Made by a program: the position numbers and the translations under genes. DNA of 64,000 nucleotides from a virus. The stretch covers positions 4,817 to 68,816 of the IMG/VR virus record IMGVR_UViG_3300010222_000171; one strand, written 5' to 3'. Of the stretch, positions 1 to 9,302 are shown in pieces; position 1 is the first letter of the stretch; every line of letters starts with the position of its first letter. Under the pieces are notes generated by a model. The model saw only the letters and a list, made by a program, of their open reading frames with translations, searched no databases and had not been told where the DNA came from.

Positions 1-11
1 AGCAACCAAAG

Positions 12-311
12 GTGATCGTCCCGATCTACGATGCACCCTACGATGCTTCGCGCCGCTTGGTCTACGATCTCCCTGAAAGTCGAGACGACGAGCTATCCCA
101 GTTTAACATACTGCTCGACGTGCTCGGAGTCGAGTTCGAGAACATGGAAGACCTCGCAGGGGAGGACGTTCCAGTAGCGTTCATCGCCGGCAACGTGTTG
201 ATCGATTGGAATGAAGTCGAAGACGAACTCGATAAGGGTGGGGAGTCTGCTGTCAATGTCGAGGAGACAACGATCAGTGGCGGCGATACCGATGAAGAGA
301 ATGACAGCTAA
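12..311 (+). CDS. acidic hypothetical protein, probably 5'-truncated by the window edge
   Basis: Frame is open from position 3 and the product has a D/E-rich halophilic composition. Confidence 0.6.
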   Translation: MIVPIYDAPYDASRRLVYDLPESRDDELSQFNILLDVLGVEFENMEDLAGEDVPVAFIAGNVLIDWNEVEDELDKGGESAVNVEETTISGGDTDEENDS

Positions 312-417
312 GTGTCTCTGCGAACCCTGTGGTCCGAACTGCTCTTGTAAGTGCCATGACCAAAAGCGAGACATGCGCGGCACCTTATCGAGTTGGGAAA
401 CCGGAATAGACCAATGA
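301..417 (+). CDS. Cys-rich microprotein (38 aa, metallothionein-like)
   Basis: ATG at 301 overlaps the upstream stop. Product MTAKCLCEPCGPNCSCKCH. Confidence 0.55.
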   Translation: MTAKCLCEPCGPNCSCKCHDQKRDMRGTLSSWETGIDQ

Positions 418-537
418 AGGGTCCCAGCTACGACGAAAAGTGGCGTCTTCCACAGGTGCGGCTTCCGAGTCCGTCGCTTGAGCTTCCCGCGTGCACGGGC
501 GTCTGCGCGGAGTAACCATACGTCAGCGGTTGCAGTC

Positions 538-579
538 ACCGGAGATTGGTCCACGGTGGTTCGATTCCACACTTCGGCA
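538..579 (+). ncRNA. tRNA-half-like element (acceptor-like stem plus T arm)
   Basis: CCGGAG 539-544 pairs with CTTCGG 572-577. GTGG-TTCGATT-CCAC forms a T arm at 556-570. No canonical D or anticodon arm. Confidence 0.4.
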
Positions 580-704
580 TCGGGATAACGTTCGACTTTG
601 GAAACTTGAGTCTTATCGCAAGACTTTAGTTCCCGCATCCCGACTCTTTGAGTGTAGCACGTCGGCGCTCAGAGAGGTGGCGGACGGCGTGACACAACCC
701 AACT

Positions 705-1793
705 ATGAGCAGATATGACAACTCGAACGGCGGTAGTAACGGCAGCAGCAACTACGACGACCGGATGGAGATTAAACTTCAGGACTACTCTACGGTTTCG
801 ATGGAGCCAGAGTCGGTCAACTATACATATCACAAAAAGTACGGTGAGAGCTTCATCGCTAACTTTGAGAACCTAAACATTCTCGACGGCATCGTGTTCC
901 AGCGGGAAGACAAGCCGGGGACCTGGAAGGTCTTTTCTGCCGGGAAGTTCTTCCACCTCAACCCGGAGGATGGTCTGGTCTACGAGAACTTCGATGATGA
1001 AGAAGGGTACTCTGGCGAGATGTCGGCCCAGGACGTGTTCGACCATCCGAGGGTCGCCGGGTTCTCTGAGACGTTCGACAAGGACTACTTCTACAAGCCG
1101 GTAGGCGTCGTGATCGAGAGTGGTGGCGATATTGTCGTTAACGAGGATCTGCTGGAAGAGGGTGACATGAGTGTAGTTAACAACCAGAGTGTCATTCCGG
1201 TTGGTGACGCTTCGATGATGCTGAGTTCCAAACCATGGACTCGCACCTTCGCAAAGAAGCTCACCGAAGAAGGTGACTCTCTCGTTCAGGACAACGGCAA
1301 AGAGGGAGACAAACGGAGCTACGACAGCCACAACTGGCTGACCACCGATGATCCGACGCTCCGTACCGAACTTGAAGGTCGGGAGCTGGAGCTGTGGATC
1401 ACGGAGGAAACCAGCACCTTCGATGGCGAAGAAGTGACGTACCAGACCCCGAACCTCCTCGATGTGAAGACTGGGAACTTCGTCACCATCGACAACGGAG
1501 TATCCAATGAGGGCGACGGCGAGTCGGAGCAGGCCGCTGCTGACGGCGGTACTACCACTCAGTCCACGTCGGGCGCGACGGAAACCGAATCCACTGAGTC
1601 GCCGGATCAGCCGGGCGACGAAAACGGACTGCCGGAGGGTGTGCCTGACAAGCTCGATAACCTGATCGACTACATGGCCCGGAACGGCAAGACCGACCCA
1701 GACCAGATTCGAAGCTTCTCCGAAGATGAAGTGGAGGACCCGGACGAGATCGACTGGGAGGCCGCCGCGGAGGTCGCGGAGCGGCGTTCCTAA
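705..1793 (+). CDS. acidic 362-aa protein upstream of the replication genes, function unknown
   Basis: Long ORF with halophilic composition and a low-complexity acidic linker before a C-terminal helical domain. Confidence 0.85.
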   Translation: MSRYDNSNGGSNGSSNYDDRMEIKLQDYSTVSMEPESVNYTYHKKYGESFIANFENLNILDGIVFQREDKPGTWKVFSAGKFFHLNPEDGLVYENFDDEEGYSGEMSAQDVFDHPRVAGFSETFDKDYFYKPVGVVIESGGDIVVNEDLLEEGDMSVVNNQSVIPVGDASMMLSSKPWTRTFAKKLTEEGDSLVQDNGKEGDKRSYDSHNWLTTDDPTLRTELEGRELELWITEETSTFDGEEVTYQTPNLLDVKTGNFVTIDNGVSNEGDGESEQAAADGGTTTQSTSGATETESTESPDQPGDENGLPEGVPDKLDNLIDYMARNGKTDPDQIRSFSEDEVEDPDEIDWEAAAEVAERRS

Positions 1794-1799
1794 TTCGCC

Positions 1800-1973
1800 A
1801 TGAGTCTGAAAAGCGCACTGTCTGGCGGAATGGTGGCTGGCATTGGCCTGCTTGCCCTGCTCTTCATCCTACTGGAGATACTGTTCTACCTCGCGCTACT
1901 GGTGGTCGTCTTCGGTGGGGCGTACTTCCTCCTCGAACACTTCGGCGTTCTCATGGTAGGGGTTCCGCTGTGA
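1800..1973 (+). CDS. small membrane protein (57 aa)
   Basis: MSLKSALSGGMVAGIGLLALLFILLEILFYLALLVVV is hydrophobic. GTGA overlap with the next gene. Confidence 0.65.
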   Translation: MSLKSALSGGMVAGIGLLALLFILLEILFYLALLVVVFGGAYFLLEHFGVLMVGVPL

Positions 1974-2194
1974 CCCTCTTCTACGACGAAGAGAGAGACG
2001 CGATAATCGAGAACCACCCCGACTTCGCGGAGTTCGATGACGAGGGTCGCCTCGTCCTTGAGATGGGTGAAGTCTCCCATGACGAGAAACGTCGGTCGCT
2101 ACTCAACGCGGCGGCAAGTGCGTTAGAAGCGTCTGAGGTGTACCGTCTGGCACAGGAACCAGAGATAGAGTGGGTTCCAAAAGAAGGACGGTAA
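1970..2194 (+). CDS. hypothetical protein
   Basis: Acidic ORF coupled to the upstream stop. Confidence 0.7.
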   Translation: MTLFYDEERDAIIENHPDFAEFDDEGRLVLEMGEVSHDEKRRSLLNAAASALEASEVYRLAQEPEIEWVPKEGR

Positions 2195-2224
2195 CTAAGC
2201 CAACAGCGTTCATCCTAACCTAAA

Positions 2225-3010
2225 ATGGTAACTCGACAAGACTGCCTCGACGGGCTTCGTGAGGCCGCTGAGATGCTTGGACACCCACCAAGCCGACCCG
2301 AGTATCGCAGGCTCCGCGATGAAAAAGACGTTGGCCCGTCTGTAACAAGCCTCCAGAACTACCTCGGTGGTACCTGGAACGCCGCTAAGGAAGAGGCGGG
2401 CTTGTCGGTTCACGGCGTCGGCGGCGCTCTCGACTTGAACGAAGACTACTTCGCTGAGGTTGAAACGAACGAACAGGCATACTGGCTTGGTATGCTCTAC
2501 GGTGATGGCTCCTTGTGTGAACCTGAAAAGGGGAACCCAATGTTGTCATTGGGACTACAAGAGCGAAATCACGTTGAAGCCTTCGTAGATGCCCTCGATG
2601 CTGAACACTCCGTCACCGAGAGCGGTCCGATATTCAGCGTCAGCATGAGGTGCGAGATTCTGTCACAAGACCTCCGCGGTCACGGTCTTGGTCCTGATAA
2701 GACTCACTCGGGTTCCTTACCTGAGTTGACCAGTGACAGTCTCCGGGCGGCGTTCGTTCGTGGCCTGTTCGATGCTGATGGACACGTCGGGCAACATCAG
2801 AGATTCAACATCACTGGAGCAAGTCGAGGCCGCTTCTTCGCCCTTCTCGGTTGGCTTCCTGTTGAGGGGACAATCGTTGACCGGAAAGATGGGGCTTTCA
2901 CATTGCGAGTCGGTGGTGCTGAGAGATTAGAACAACTCTACGGGTGGCTGTATCCTGAAGGAGTTGAGACACAACCAAAACTCGATAGAAAGTACAACAA
3001 TGTCAGATAG
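2225..3010 (+). CDS. free-standing LAGLIDADG homing endonuclease with N-terminal homing-endonuclease-associated repeat
   Basis: Two LAGLIDADG motifs (WLGMLYGDGSL and FVRGLFDADG). N-terminal TRQDCLDGLREAAEMLG...WNAAKEEAGL repeat domain. Confidence 0.9.
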   Translation: MVTRQDCLDGLREAAEMLGHPPSRPEYRRLRDEKDVGPSVTSLQNYLGGTWNAAKEEAGLSVHGVGGALDLNEDYFAEVETNEQAYWLGMLYGDGSLCEPEKGNPMLSLGLQERNHVEAFVDALDAEHSVTESGPIFSVSMRCEILSQDLRGHGLGPDKTHSGSLPELTSDSLRAAFVRGLFDADGHVGQHQRFNITGASRGRFFALLGWLPVEGTIVDRKDGAFTLRVGGAERLEQLYGWLYPEGVETQPKLDRKYNNVR

Positions 3011-3242
3011 AGCGATTCCCGAGACAGTCGAAGTGACTGCAACTCGGAAGGTAATGTTAGACGACTATGAACCTGTCTCGGCCCACATTAGCCAGACCTA
3101 CGACGTTCCCGAAGGTCTGAGTCGAGAAGAGTTCGAGGAGTTCCGCGAGAAGTGTCAGGACGACGTGATGGCTGCCGCTGAACAGGCTGCTATGCGCAGG
3201 CATGAAGAATATATTCGGGAGGAGGCGTTCGGTGATGACTGA
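3000..3242 (+). CDS. hypothetical protein
   Basis: ATG at 3000 overlaps the end of the endonuclease gene; acidic product. Confidence 0.7.
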   Translation: MSDRAIPETVEVTATRKVMLDDYEPVSAHISQTYDVPEGLSREEFEEFREKCQDDVMAAAEQAAMRRHEEYIREEAFGDD

Positions 3243-3453
3243 AGCAATCACCGTCCGACACGTCCGATTCCCCGGGCGTTGGGAAGTCCTCTACGTTGAC
3301 GGTGAAGCGGTGAAACGCGGCCATACAGTCGATGTTGGTCGTGTCCTCTCTGAAGTGGAAGGACATCAAGTAGAAGAAACCAGTAGCGAGTGGCGGGATG
3401 TGGACATCGAAGGGTATGGCCCGGAACGATATGAAGACATTCCCAGCGAGTAG
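3235..3453 (+). CDS. hypothetical protein
   Basis: ATG at 3235 overlaps the upstream stop; acidic product. Confidence 0.7.
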   Translation: MTEAITVRHVRFPGRWEVLYVDGEAVKRGHTVDVGRVLSEVEGHQVEETSSEWRDVDIEGYGPERYEDIPSE

Positions 3454-3574
3454 CACAACGCAGTAACTAACCACGACTTCTGCCGCTTCGCGGGCCGGTT
3501 CAAGAGCAAGGTTCCCCATCTTAACACTCCAGCCTTGCTCTGCCGAATGCCCGTGAAGTGGCGCGACACAACCA

Positions 3575-5041
3575 ATGGACATAGACAACATTCGCAATCC
3601 AAACCTGTACGAAGTATCACAATTAAGAGAGGATTGGGGCCTTTCCGGTGAAGTCGAAACGCATCTTGTGGTATTCCTTAGCTTCTTCGGCGGAGGATCG
3701 GTTATCATGACGGGCCTTTCCTCCGGTGGGAAGGATGCCGTTGTGTACGCGGCGGAATACTGCGTGCCCGATGATTGGGTGTTCGAGATGCCCACATCCA
3801 TGACTGAATCCTCGTTCTTCGAGATGCACAACAAGATCAACTCCTGTCCGGTACATCGCCACAAGGACATTTCGAACATCAAGAAGGGTTACCTGGAAGA
3901 CACTTGGAAGGCGCACGGAGAGGGTGATCCCATCAGCCGGACGTTCACCAAAGTCACTGGTGAAGAGCGGCGAGAAATTCAGCAAACACTCCACCCCCCT
4001 CATTGCCTGGTGCTGTTCTTGGCGTCGGACAACAAGCAGGTTGATCTCAACGACTATCCCGAGGTCCGGAATCGGGCGCTCGTGGTCGGAATCGATGATT
4101 CGAAAGAACTCACTGAACAAGTGAATACAAGGCAGGCAAAGCAAGAGGCGGGCGTTATCGAGTACAACATTTCTGAGGAACGGACCCAGGAAATTAGGGA
4201 GTACGTCTCCACGATCCCGATGCACACCTACGGTGGATCAAATGGGGTGGGTGGCTTCTTGAACCCGATCATGCCCGCGCTGGACAGGCAGAATCCACTT
4301 CCACAGCACTTCACCGAGGCGCGCCGTGACTTTCCCCGGCTGTCGGACTTCATGAAGAGCGTAACGCTCTTCCACTACGATGATCGGATCGAAGTGCCAC
4401 AGAAAATGTGGGATGGCGATAACCGCATCGACAACGATGTGACGTTGCTGGTGACGCCAGCCGACTCATGGCTCGGGATGCGGATCTTCGGAGAGAAGAT
4501 GGTTCTGTCGGCGCTGAACTTGCAGGACAAAGACTTCCAACTCCTCGATCTGCTCCGGTCGAATTACGGTGAACAATTCGATAAGGGTACGCTCCAGCAG
4601 ATGATGCGGCAACGTGGCTGGAACATCACAAATAGCGACGTGCAATCGTCGTTGAAGAACATGAAGACGAAAGGATACGTTAGGGTGGACAAGTCGGTGA
4701 CACCCTATGAGTGGTCGGCTGCCGAGTTCGCAAAGCAGGTCAATCGGGAGGTGAGCATCGATTGGCCCACGATCATCGAAGATGCTCGTGAATTAGTCCA
4801 CGAACACTATCCAAAGCCGGTGGCGATGGACTACGAGCAGCAAGCTCTCCAGGGCGAGGGGTTGCTCGTGACGCACCCGTTCACTGGTCAGACGGTAAAC
4901 CTGGAGGAAGAAGAGGCAAATGAACTGGAGAAAAAGGTCGAACAGCAAACAGAGAAAGAGAAACAGGTGATGGATCAAGACATCTTCAGCGATGACGGGG
5001 ACGATGATGGGTCTGGTCCGTCCCAGGGCACGCTAACATGA
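3575..5041 (+). CDS. P-loop AAA+/MCM-like ATPase, putative replicative helicase
   Basis: Walker A-like GLSSGGKD, a predicted C-terminal winged-helix segment (KGTLQQMMRQRG...SLKNMKTKGYV), and adjacency to the primase. Confidence 0.65.
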   Translation: MDIDNIRNPNLYEVSQLREDWGLSGEVETHLVVFLSFFGGGSVIMTGLSSGGKDAVVYAAEYCVPDDWVFEMPTSMTESSFFEMHNKINSCPVHRHKDISNIKKGYLEDTWKAHGEGDPISRTFTKVTGEERREIQQTLHPPHCLVLFLASDNKQVDLNDYPEVRNRALVVGIDDSKELTEQVNTRQAKQEAGVIEYNISEERTQEIREYVSTIPMHTYGGSNGVGGFLNPIMPALDRQNPLPQHFTEARRDFPRLSDFMKSVTLFHYDDRIEVPQKMWDGDNRIDNDVTLLVTPADSWLGMRIFGEKMVLSALNLQDKDFQLLDLLRSNYGEQFDKGTLQQMMRQRGWNITNSDVQSSLKNMKTKGYVRVDKSVTPYEWSAAEFAKQVNREVSIDWPTIIEDARELVHEHYPKPVAMDYEQQALQGEGLLVTHPFTGQTVNLEEEEANELEKKVEQQTEKEKQVMDQDIFSDDGDDDGSGPSQGTLT

Positions 5042-5199
5042 GTGAGCGACACCCCTACGCCGGGCCAAATACGATGACGCCCGGTGAAACAGCGGAAAAC
5101 GATCCGATGAGCGAAAAGTCGTACTGCCCAAACTGTGAAGAACACGTCGAGACGTTCCCCGACTCCGATGAATGTGTGAACTGCATGGAACGTGTTTGA
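5038..5199 (+). CDS. zinc-finger microprotein (53 aa)
   Basis: CPNC...CVNC. ATGA overlap with the helicase stop. Confidence 0.7.
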   Translation: MSERHPYAGPNTMTPGETAENDPMSEKSYCPNCEEHVETFPDSDECVNCMERV

Positions 5200-5201
5200 A
5201 G

Positions 5202-6410
5202 ATGAAACTCGATGAGGGGGTGTGGAAGGCGAGCGCAGTGTTCGCACCCGACTTTCCACGGCAGTCTTCGGACAATCGGACGATCCAATCGTCTCGTAGC
5301 AACCGGGTTGTCTTCTGTGAGTCGCTGGAGGCGGCGACCAGGAGCGAAATGCCGGGGTACTATTCGGTGTATTCGTTCCCACGGGGCCACTCCCGAGACG
5401 GCAACATTCCAAAGGTTGATTGCATCTTCATCGATCTCGACGTTGAGGGTGACGGCTACGACCCGAAGAACGGCACAACCGGCTTCGAAGCGTGGCGTCG
5501 AGATATGAGTGCGTTGCTGGCGAGGGCAAGAATGATTGCCGACGCTATTCTCGAATCGGAACAAGAACAACACTTCCGCGTTGCGCTTTCAGGTCACAAA
5601 GGGCTACACTTGTACCTGGATTTCCCCGAGGTTGCGCCAGCCAACGGGTCGTTTGAACAGTTCAAGAACGGCTTGAAAGAGTACGGTGAACAGGTCATGT
5701 CGTGGCTTGAGTCCACGGCAGGTGGTGTGAACATTGACCCCTGGGTTGATGTTGACGCCTCGGATCTCGGGCGGTTGGCCCGATACCCCAACACGGTTCA
5801 TCATGGGGCTGTCTACGATGATAAGACACGGTGGTGCGTTCCGATCACCGTCGAAGAGTTAGCAGAGCTTCGCGTTGAAGACTACCTGGAGCTGACCCTG
5901 GAACCGCGCTGGTCTGACGAGTTCAACCGAACGCCGTCAAAATCAGCGGGGAACAAGGTCGTCCAGATGATTCGGAACGCTGCGAAGACAGACACCCCCC
6001 CTCATCGAGTCGGAACCTCAAAGCCAAACTACTCAGCTATTGAAGAGTACGAAAGCCGAGCAAATGGAGATATTGAAGTAGAAGACATTCCATTCTTGAC
6101 GGCGAATTTTCCGTGCATCGTTGAGTTCTTGGAACGTGATGATGCTTGGGATTACGGGAACGCTTCGCACTTGATGGAATTGAACGTAATCTCCTTGCTC
6201 GTGGAAAAAAACGTTCCTCGAAGGGTTATCCACGAGCTATTCGAGGAGATCCCCGGATACGATGAGGGGATGACAGATGAGGCAATTGACGACGCAGTGG
6301 CAAGGGAGTACAAATCGTTCAACTGTAGCAGTATCGCTGACCGAGCGCAGCAGTTCTGCTTGGCAGAAGCTTGTAGTGTCTACAAGAGAAACGACGACAT
6401 TCAGAAATAG
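5202..6410 (+). CDS. archaeo-eukaryotic primase, PriS catalytic domain fused to a PriL-like Fe-S C-terminal domain
   Basis: Motifs IFIDLDVE, SGHKGLHLY and RLARYPNTVH. C-terminal FPCI...NC...FCLAEAC cysteines. Confidence 0.85.
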   Translation: MKLDEGVWKASAVFAPDFPRQSSDNRTIQSSRSNRVVFCESLEAATRSEMPGYYSVYSFPRGHSRDGNIPKVDCIFIDLDVEGDGYDPKNGTTGFEAWRRDMSALLARARMIADAILESEQEQHFRVALSGHKGLHLYLDFPEVAPANGSFEQFKNGLKEYGEQVMSWLESTAGGVNIDPWVDVDASDLGRLARYPNTVHHGAVYDDKTRWCVPITVEELAELRVEDYLELTLEPRWSDEFNRTPSKSAGNKVVQMIRNAAKTDTPPHRVGTSKPNYSAIEEYESRANGDIEVEDIPFLTANFPCIVEFLERDDAWDYGNASHLMELNVISLLVEKNVPRRVIHELFEEIPGYDEGMTDEAIDDAVAREYKSFNCSSIADRAQQFCLAEACSVYKRNDDIQK

Positions 6411-6455
6411 CAGTAGCAGTTGCGGTATCCCCCACAATAGGGACCAAAATACAAC

Positions 6456-7718
6456 TTGACAAACGAAACTACAATCAGTTCGCAGAAACGTCAGCAAGTG
6501 TTCACTCTCGTCCGTGACGGGGGCGCAACATACGCCGAACTTGCCGAAGCTCTGGACATCAGTAAGTCCACAGCCCGTGACCACATCAACAACCTCCAGA
6601 ACATCGACGGTGTTTCCCTTGGTGTTCGGGAGGTAAATGGTGTGTCAGAGTTCTACTACCGGCCTGACGCGAAAGAGCACCCCATCAACCCGGACCAACC
6701 AACGGGCGAGCCCCGCTCCAAGGCCGCTGTCACGAGGGACGCAAAAGAGAAGGTACACGAGCTGATTCAGTACCTCGACCGGGACCTGAACGGTCGCGCA
6801 CCTGCTGCCCCCGACACGGGCTTATCGGTTCGAGAAAGCCATGAGGACATGGTGTGCCACCGCTCCGACGACCACATCGGGGCGAAATACCATGACGAGT
6901 TCGGCAACGCGACGTTCTCTGCCGAAATTGGCATCGACCGTGTTCGGACTGTCTCGGAAAAGGTGTTCGACCTAAAAGAGCGTCAGGAAGCGGCTGGCGT
7001 GGACTTCGACACAATCCACATCGTGATGGGCGGCGACCACCTCGACGGTATTGGAATTTATTCTGACCAGCCGTTTGAGCAGGAATTGTCGCTCCCAGAA
7101 CAACTGACAATCGCATCAGATGTTTATATGGAGTTCATTGATCGGGCGTCAAAAGAGTTCGAATCAGTCCAGGTTATCTGCCAGAATGGAAATCATGGAG
7201 AGCTTCGCGGAGACGGTATGGGTCCTGACGACAACGTGGATACGGCGTTCTTCATGACGCTCGACCGCCGTGTTCGTGATAGGAACTACGATAATGTAAG
7301 ATTTGTTCGTTCACAATCACAGAACTTTACTAACTTCCCCATTCGGGGTACCAGTCTAAACGATTGTGAACACCGCGGCCACCTCCGTCACGGTCAAAAC
7401 AGTCTCGAACATATTGGAACCAGTGCAGGAAAGAAGCGGTGGCTCCAGTGGTATAACCAGCATGACTTCGATATTGCATATCGGGGCCATTACCATGCCT
7501 TCAAGATAGAAGGCATTGCCGGAAGCAAAGTTATCCAGTCTGGCGCAATTGTACCACCGTCTGACTTTGAAGAGTCAATTGCAGAGTGGAGCGAACCAGC
7601 CGCAACCGTTCATGGAGCGTCTGACGATAGACCTTGTACTTGGCTTTACCCAATTGATTTCGAAGATCCGGTAGTTGAAGACGATAATGACGAAGAAAAA
7701 ATAAACATGGCGCTATAA
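6456..7718 (+). CDS. HTH plus calcineurin-like metallophosphoesterase
   Basis: N-terminal HTH (TYAELAEALDISKSTARDHI). Motifs SDDHIG, GGDHLDG, GNHG, HG and GHYH. Confidence 0.85.
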   Translation: MTNETTISSQKRQQVFTLVRDGGATYAELAEALDISKSTARDHINNLQNIDGVSLGVREVNGVSEFYYRPDAKEHPINPDQPTGEPRSKAAVTRDAKEKVHELIQYLDRDLNGRAPAAPDTGLSVRESHEDMVCHRSDDHIGAKYHDEFGNATFSAEIGIDRVRTVSEKVFDLKERQEAAGVDFDTIHIVMGGDHLDGIGIYSDQPFEQELSLPEQLTIASDVYMEFIDRASKEFESVQVICQNGNHGELRGDGMGPDDNVDTAFFMTLDRRVRDRNYDNVRFVRSQSQNFTNFPIRGTSLNDCEHRGHLRHGQNSLEHIGTSAGKKRWLQWYNQHDFDIAYRGHYHAFKIEGIAGSKVIQSGAIVPPSDFEESIAEWSEPAATVHGASDDRPCTWLYPIDFEDPVVEDDNDEEKINMAL

Positions 7719-7743
7719 GACTCCAAACCGATAAGATTAAGTC
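7719..7743 (+). promoter_or_regulatory. dyad promoter motif copy
   Basis: GACTCCA-N11-TTAAGTC in an intergenic position. Confidence 0.55.
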
Positions 7744-7785
7744 TTTCCGATCCCTTGTCTCTGGTAGACAATACTTAATCGGTCA

Positions 7786-8139
7786 ATGCCGGAAACACAC
7801 TCCCGAGACGGTAAACGAGTTGAACAGTTTGTTGTAACTGACAATCCACATGAAAGATACCGGACGAGGGACCCGTGGACTAACAAAAGGCTTGATAACG
7901 GCATCCCAATCCTTAAGAGCACTGACGTTGGAAATGTAGTCATCAAAGAAATCAAATATAGCATTGTTAATTGCCCCGAGTGTGGCATTCCAGCCCGTTA
8001 TACTGCTCAATCAGAGCCAGTTTGTCCCAACTGTGGGATGATTTGTACCGGAATGGATACCACACCCAAAGAGGATATTATCCGAGATGCAAAGGCTGCT
8101 GGACGGATCAATGGAAATAACAACGAAACTACAGCATGA
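7786..8139 (+). CDS. zinc-ribbon protein
   Basis: CPECG...CPNCG. Confidence 0.8.
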   Translation: MPETHSRDGKRVEQFVVTDNPHERYRTRDPWTNKRLDNGIPILKSTDVGNVVIKEIKYSIVNCPECGIPARYTAQSEPVCPNCGMICTGMDTTPKEDIIRDAKAAGRINGNNNETTA

Positions 8140-8191
8140 GTAACCGACGCACAAAAAAAAACAAACAGTTTCACATAGCGACACGCCGACC

Positions 8192-8875
8192 GTGCTCATC
8201 AACGAAGTGGGGGAATATGTTGAAGTAAACGATGCTGCGTTGGATTTGCACGGGTACGACAGAAAACAGTTTGAGGGGATGATGGTGACGGAGCTGGCTG
8301 ACACTGATCCACTTAAACATGGGAAATTCTTAGAGAAAGCACTTAACGGCGAAAAAGAACCGGAAGTGTTTATCACAAACCATGCTAACGGCCACCAGTT
8401 GAAAATCCGGGTAGAAACTGAAACAATAGAAATAGACGGTGACACGTACATTGTCTCTGAACACGAAATGGTGGAGGTCTTGGATGAAACTCCCCAAGGC
8501 TCCAAAGGAAATGGTGATGGGGGTAATCCAGACTATGATCTAAACCTTGCCCACATCCCTGATCGGGAGATCGCGGAGATCAGTAACAATATCCGAATTG
8601 ATTCCCCAAGCGGCGAAGTGACTCTCGGATCGATCATGCTTGATCTCGCTGTCATGCACAACGAAATCGAGCAAACGAAAACGGGGGCCTACCACCTCTA
8701 CCTTGCACTCGATGATCGGTTGGCTGAGGAAGAAAAGCGAGACGGCAACGAAGCGGCGTGCGAAATCATTCGAGAAGTCAAAGAAACGGCCTTTGGTTTG
8801 TTCCTTCGAATCGAACGCGGCGACGAAGAACTACACGGCGACAGACCTGGAAAATACTCAGGATACTTCAACTAA
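8192..8875 (+). CDS. PAS-domain protein; the true start may be ATG 8136 via -1 slippage on A9
   Basis: VLINEVGEYVEVNDAALDLHGYDRKQFEGMMVTEL matches the PAS signature. Confidence 0.75.
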   Translation: MLINEVGEYVEVNDAALDLHGYDRKQFEGMMVTELADTDPLKHGKFLEKALNGEKEPEVFITNHANGHQLKIRVETETIEIDGDTYIVSEHEMVEVLDETPQGSKGNGDGGNPDYDLNLAHIPDREIAEISNNIRIDSPSGEVTLGSIMLDLAVMHNEIEQTKTGAYHLYLALDDRLAEEEKRDGNEAACEIIREVKETAFGLFLRIERGDEELHGDRPGKYSGYFN

Positions 8876-8877
8876 CC

Positions 8878-9183
8878 ATGCTCCGAGAAGAAACACTAAC
8901 CGAGATCGGTAGACGTGAGTACGAGGAACCTGACGGTGAGTTCCTCGAAGTGATAAAGAATACCAGAAACAGCCTTATCGTGCTGACGAGGGTCGAACCC
9001 GATAAGGGGGGCGGAGAAGAAGTGGAACCGCCGATAGAACCAGCAGGGTACAGTGTATCGTCTCTCAAAGAAGAGCTTGAAGAGCGGGACCTGACTGAGG
9101 AAGAGTTGCAGGCCCTTATCGAGTCCGAAAAGGACGGCAAGGGCCGGACGACAGCGTTCTCCGCAATCGAAAGTCAACAATGA
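8878..9183 (+). CDS. hypothetical protein with a small C-terminal helical module
   Basis: Acidic ORF ending LIESEKDGKGRTTAFSAIE. Confidence 0.75.
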   Translation: MLREETLTEIGRREYEEPDGEFLEVIKNTRNSLIVLTRVEPDKGGGEEVEPPIEPAGYSVSSLKEELEERDLTEEELQALIESEKDGKGRTTAFSAIESQQ

Positions 9184-9302
9184 ACTGGAACTACTGGCTA
9201 CCGTGGAGAAGTAGTAGTACCGACAAAGAATCAGAATCGGAAAGAATAGTTATAGAGGGAGAGGGGCCGGAGCGGATTGTCGTAAACAAAAGCGAAGACT
9301 GA
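9180..9302 (+). CDS. 40-aa microprotein
   Basis: ATGA and TGATG overlaps with both neighbours. Confidence 0.5.
   Translation: MNWNYWLPWRSSSTDKESESERIVIEGEGPERIVVNKSED

Noticed and set aside
500-580. Complete tRNA gene (a TTGCAG Cys-like anticodon loop is suggested at 530-536)
   Set aside because: No 5' acceptor strand or D arm pairs in the correct register and the anticodon loop is out of register. Kept only as a tRNA-half-like element.
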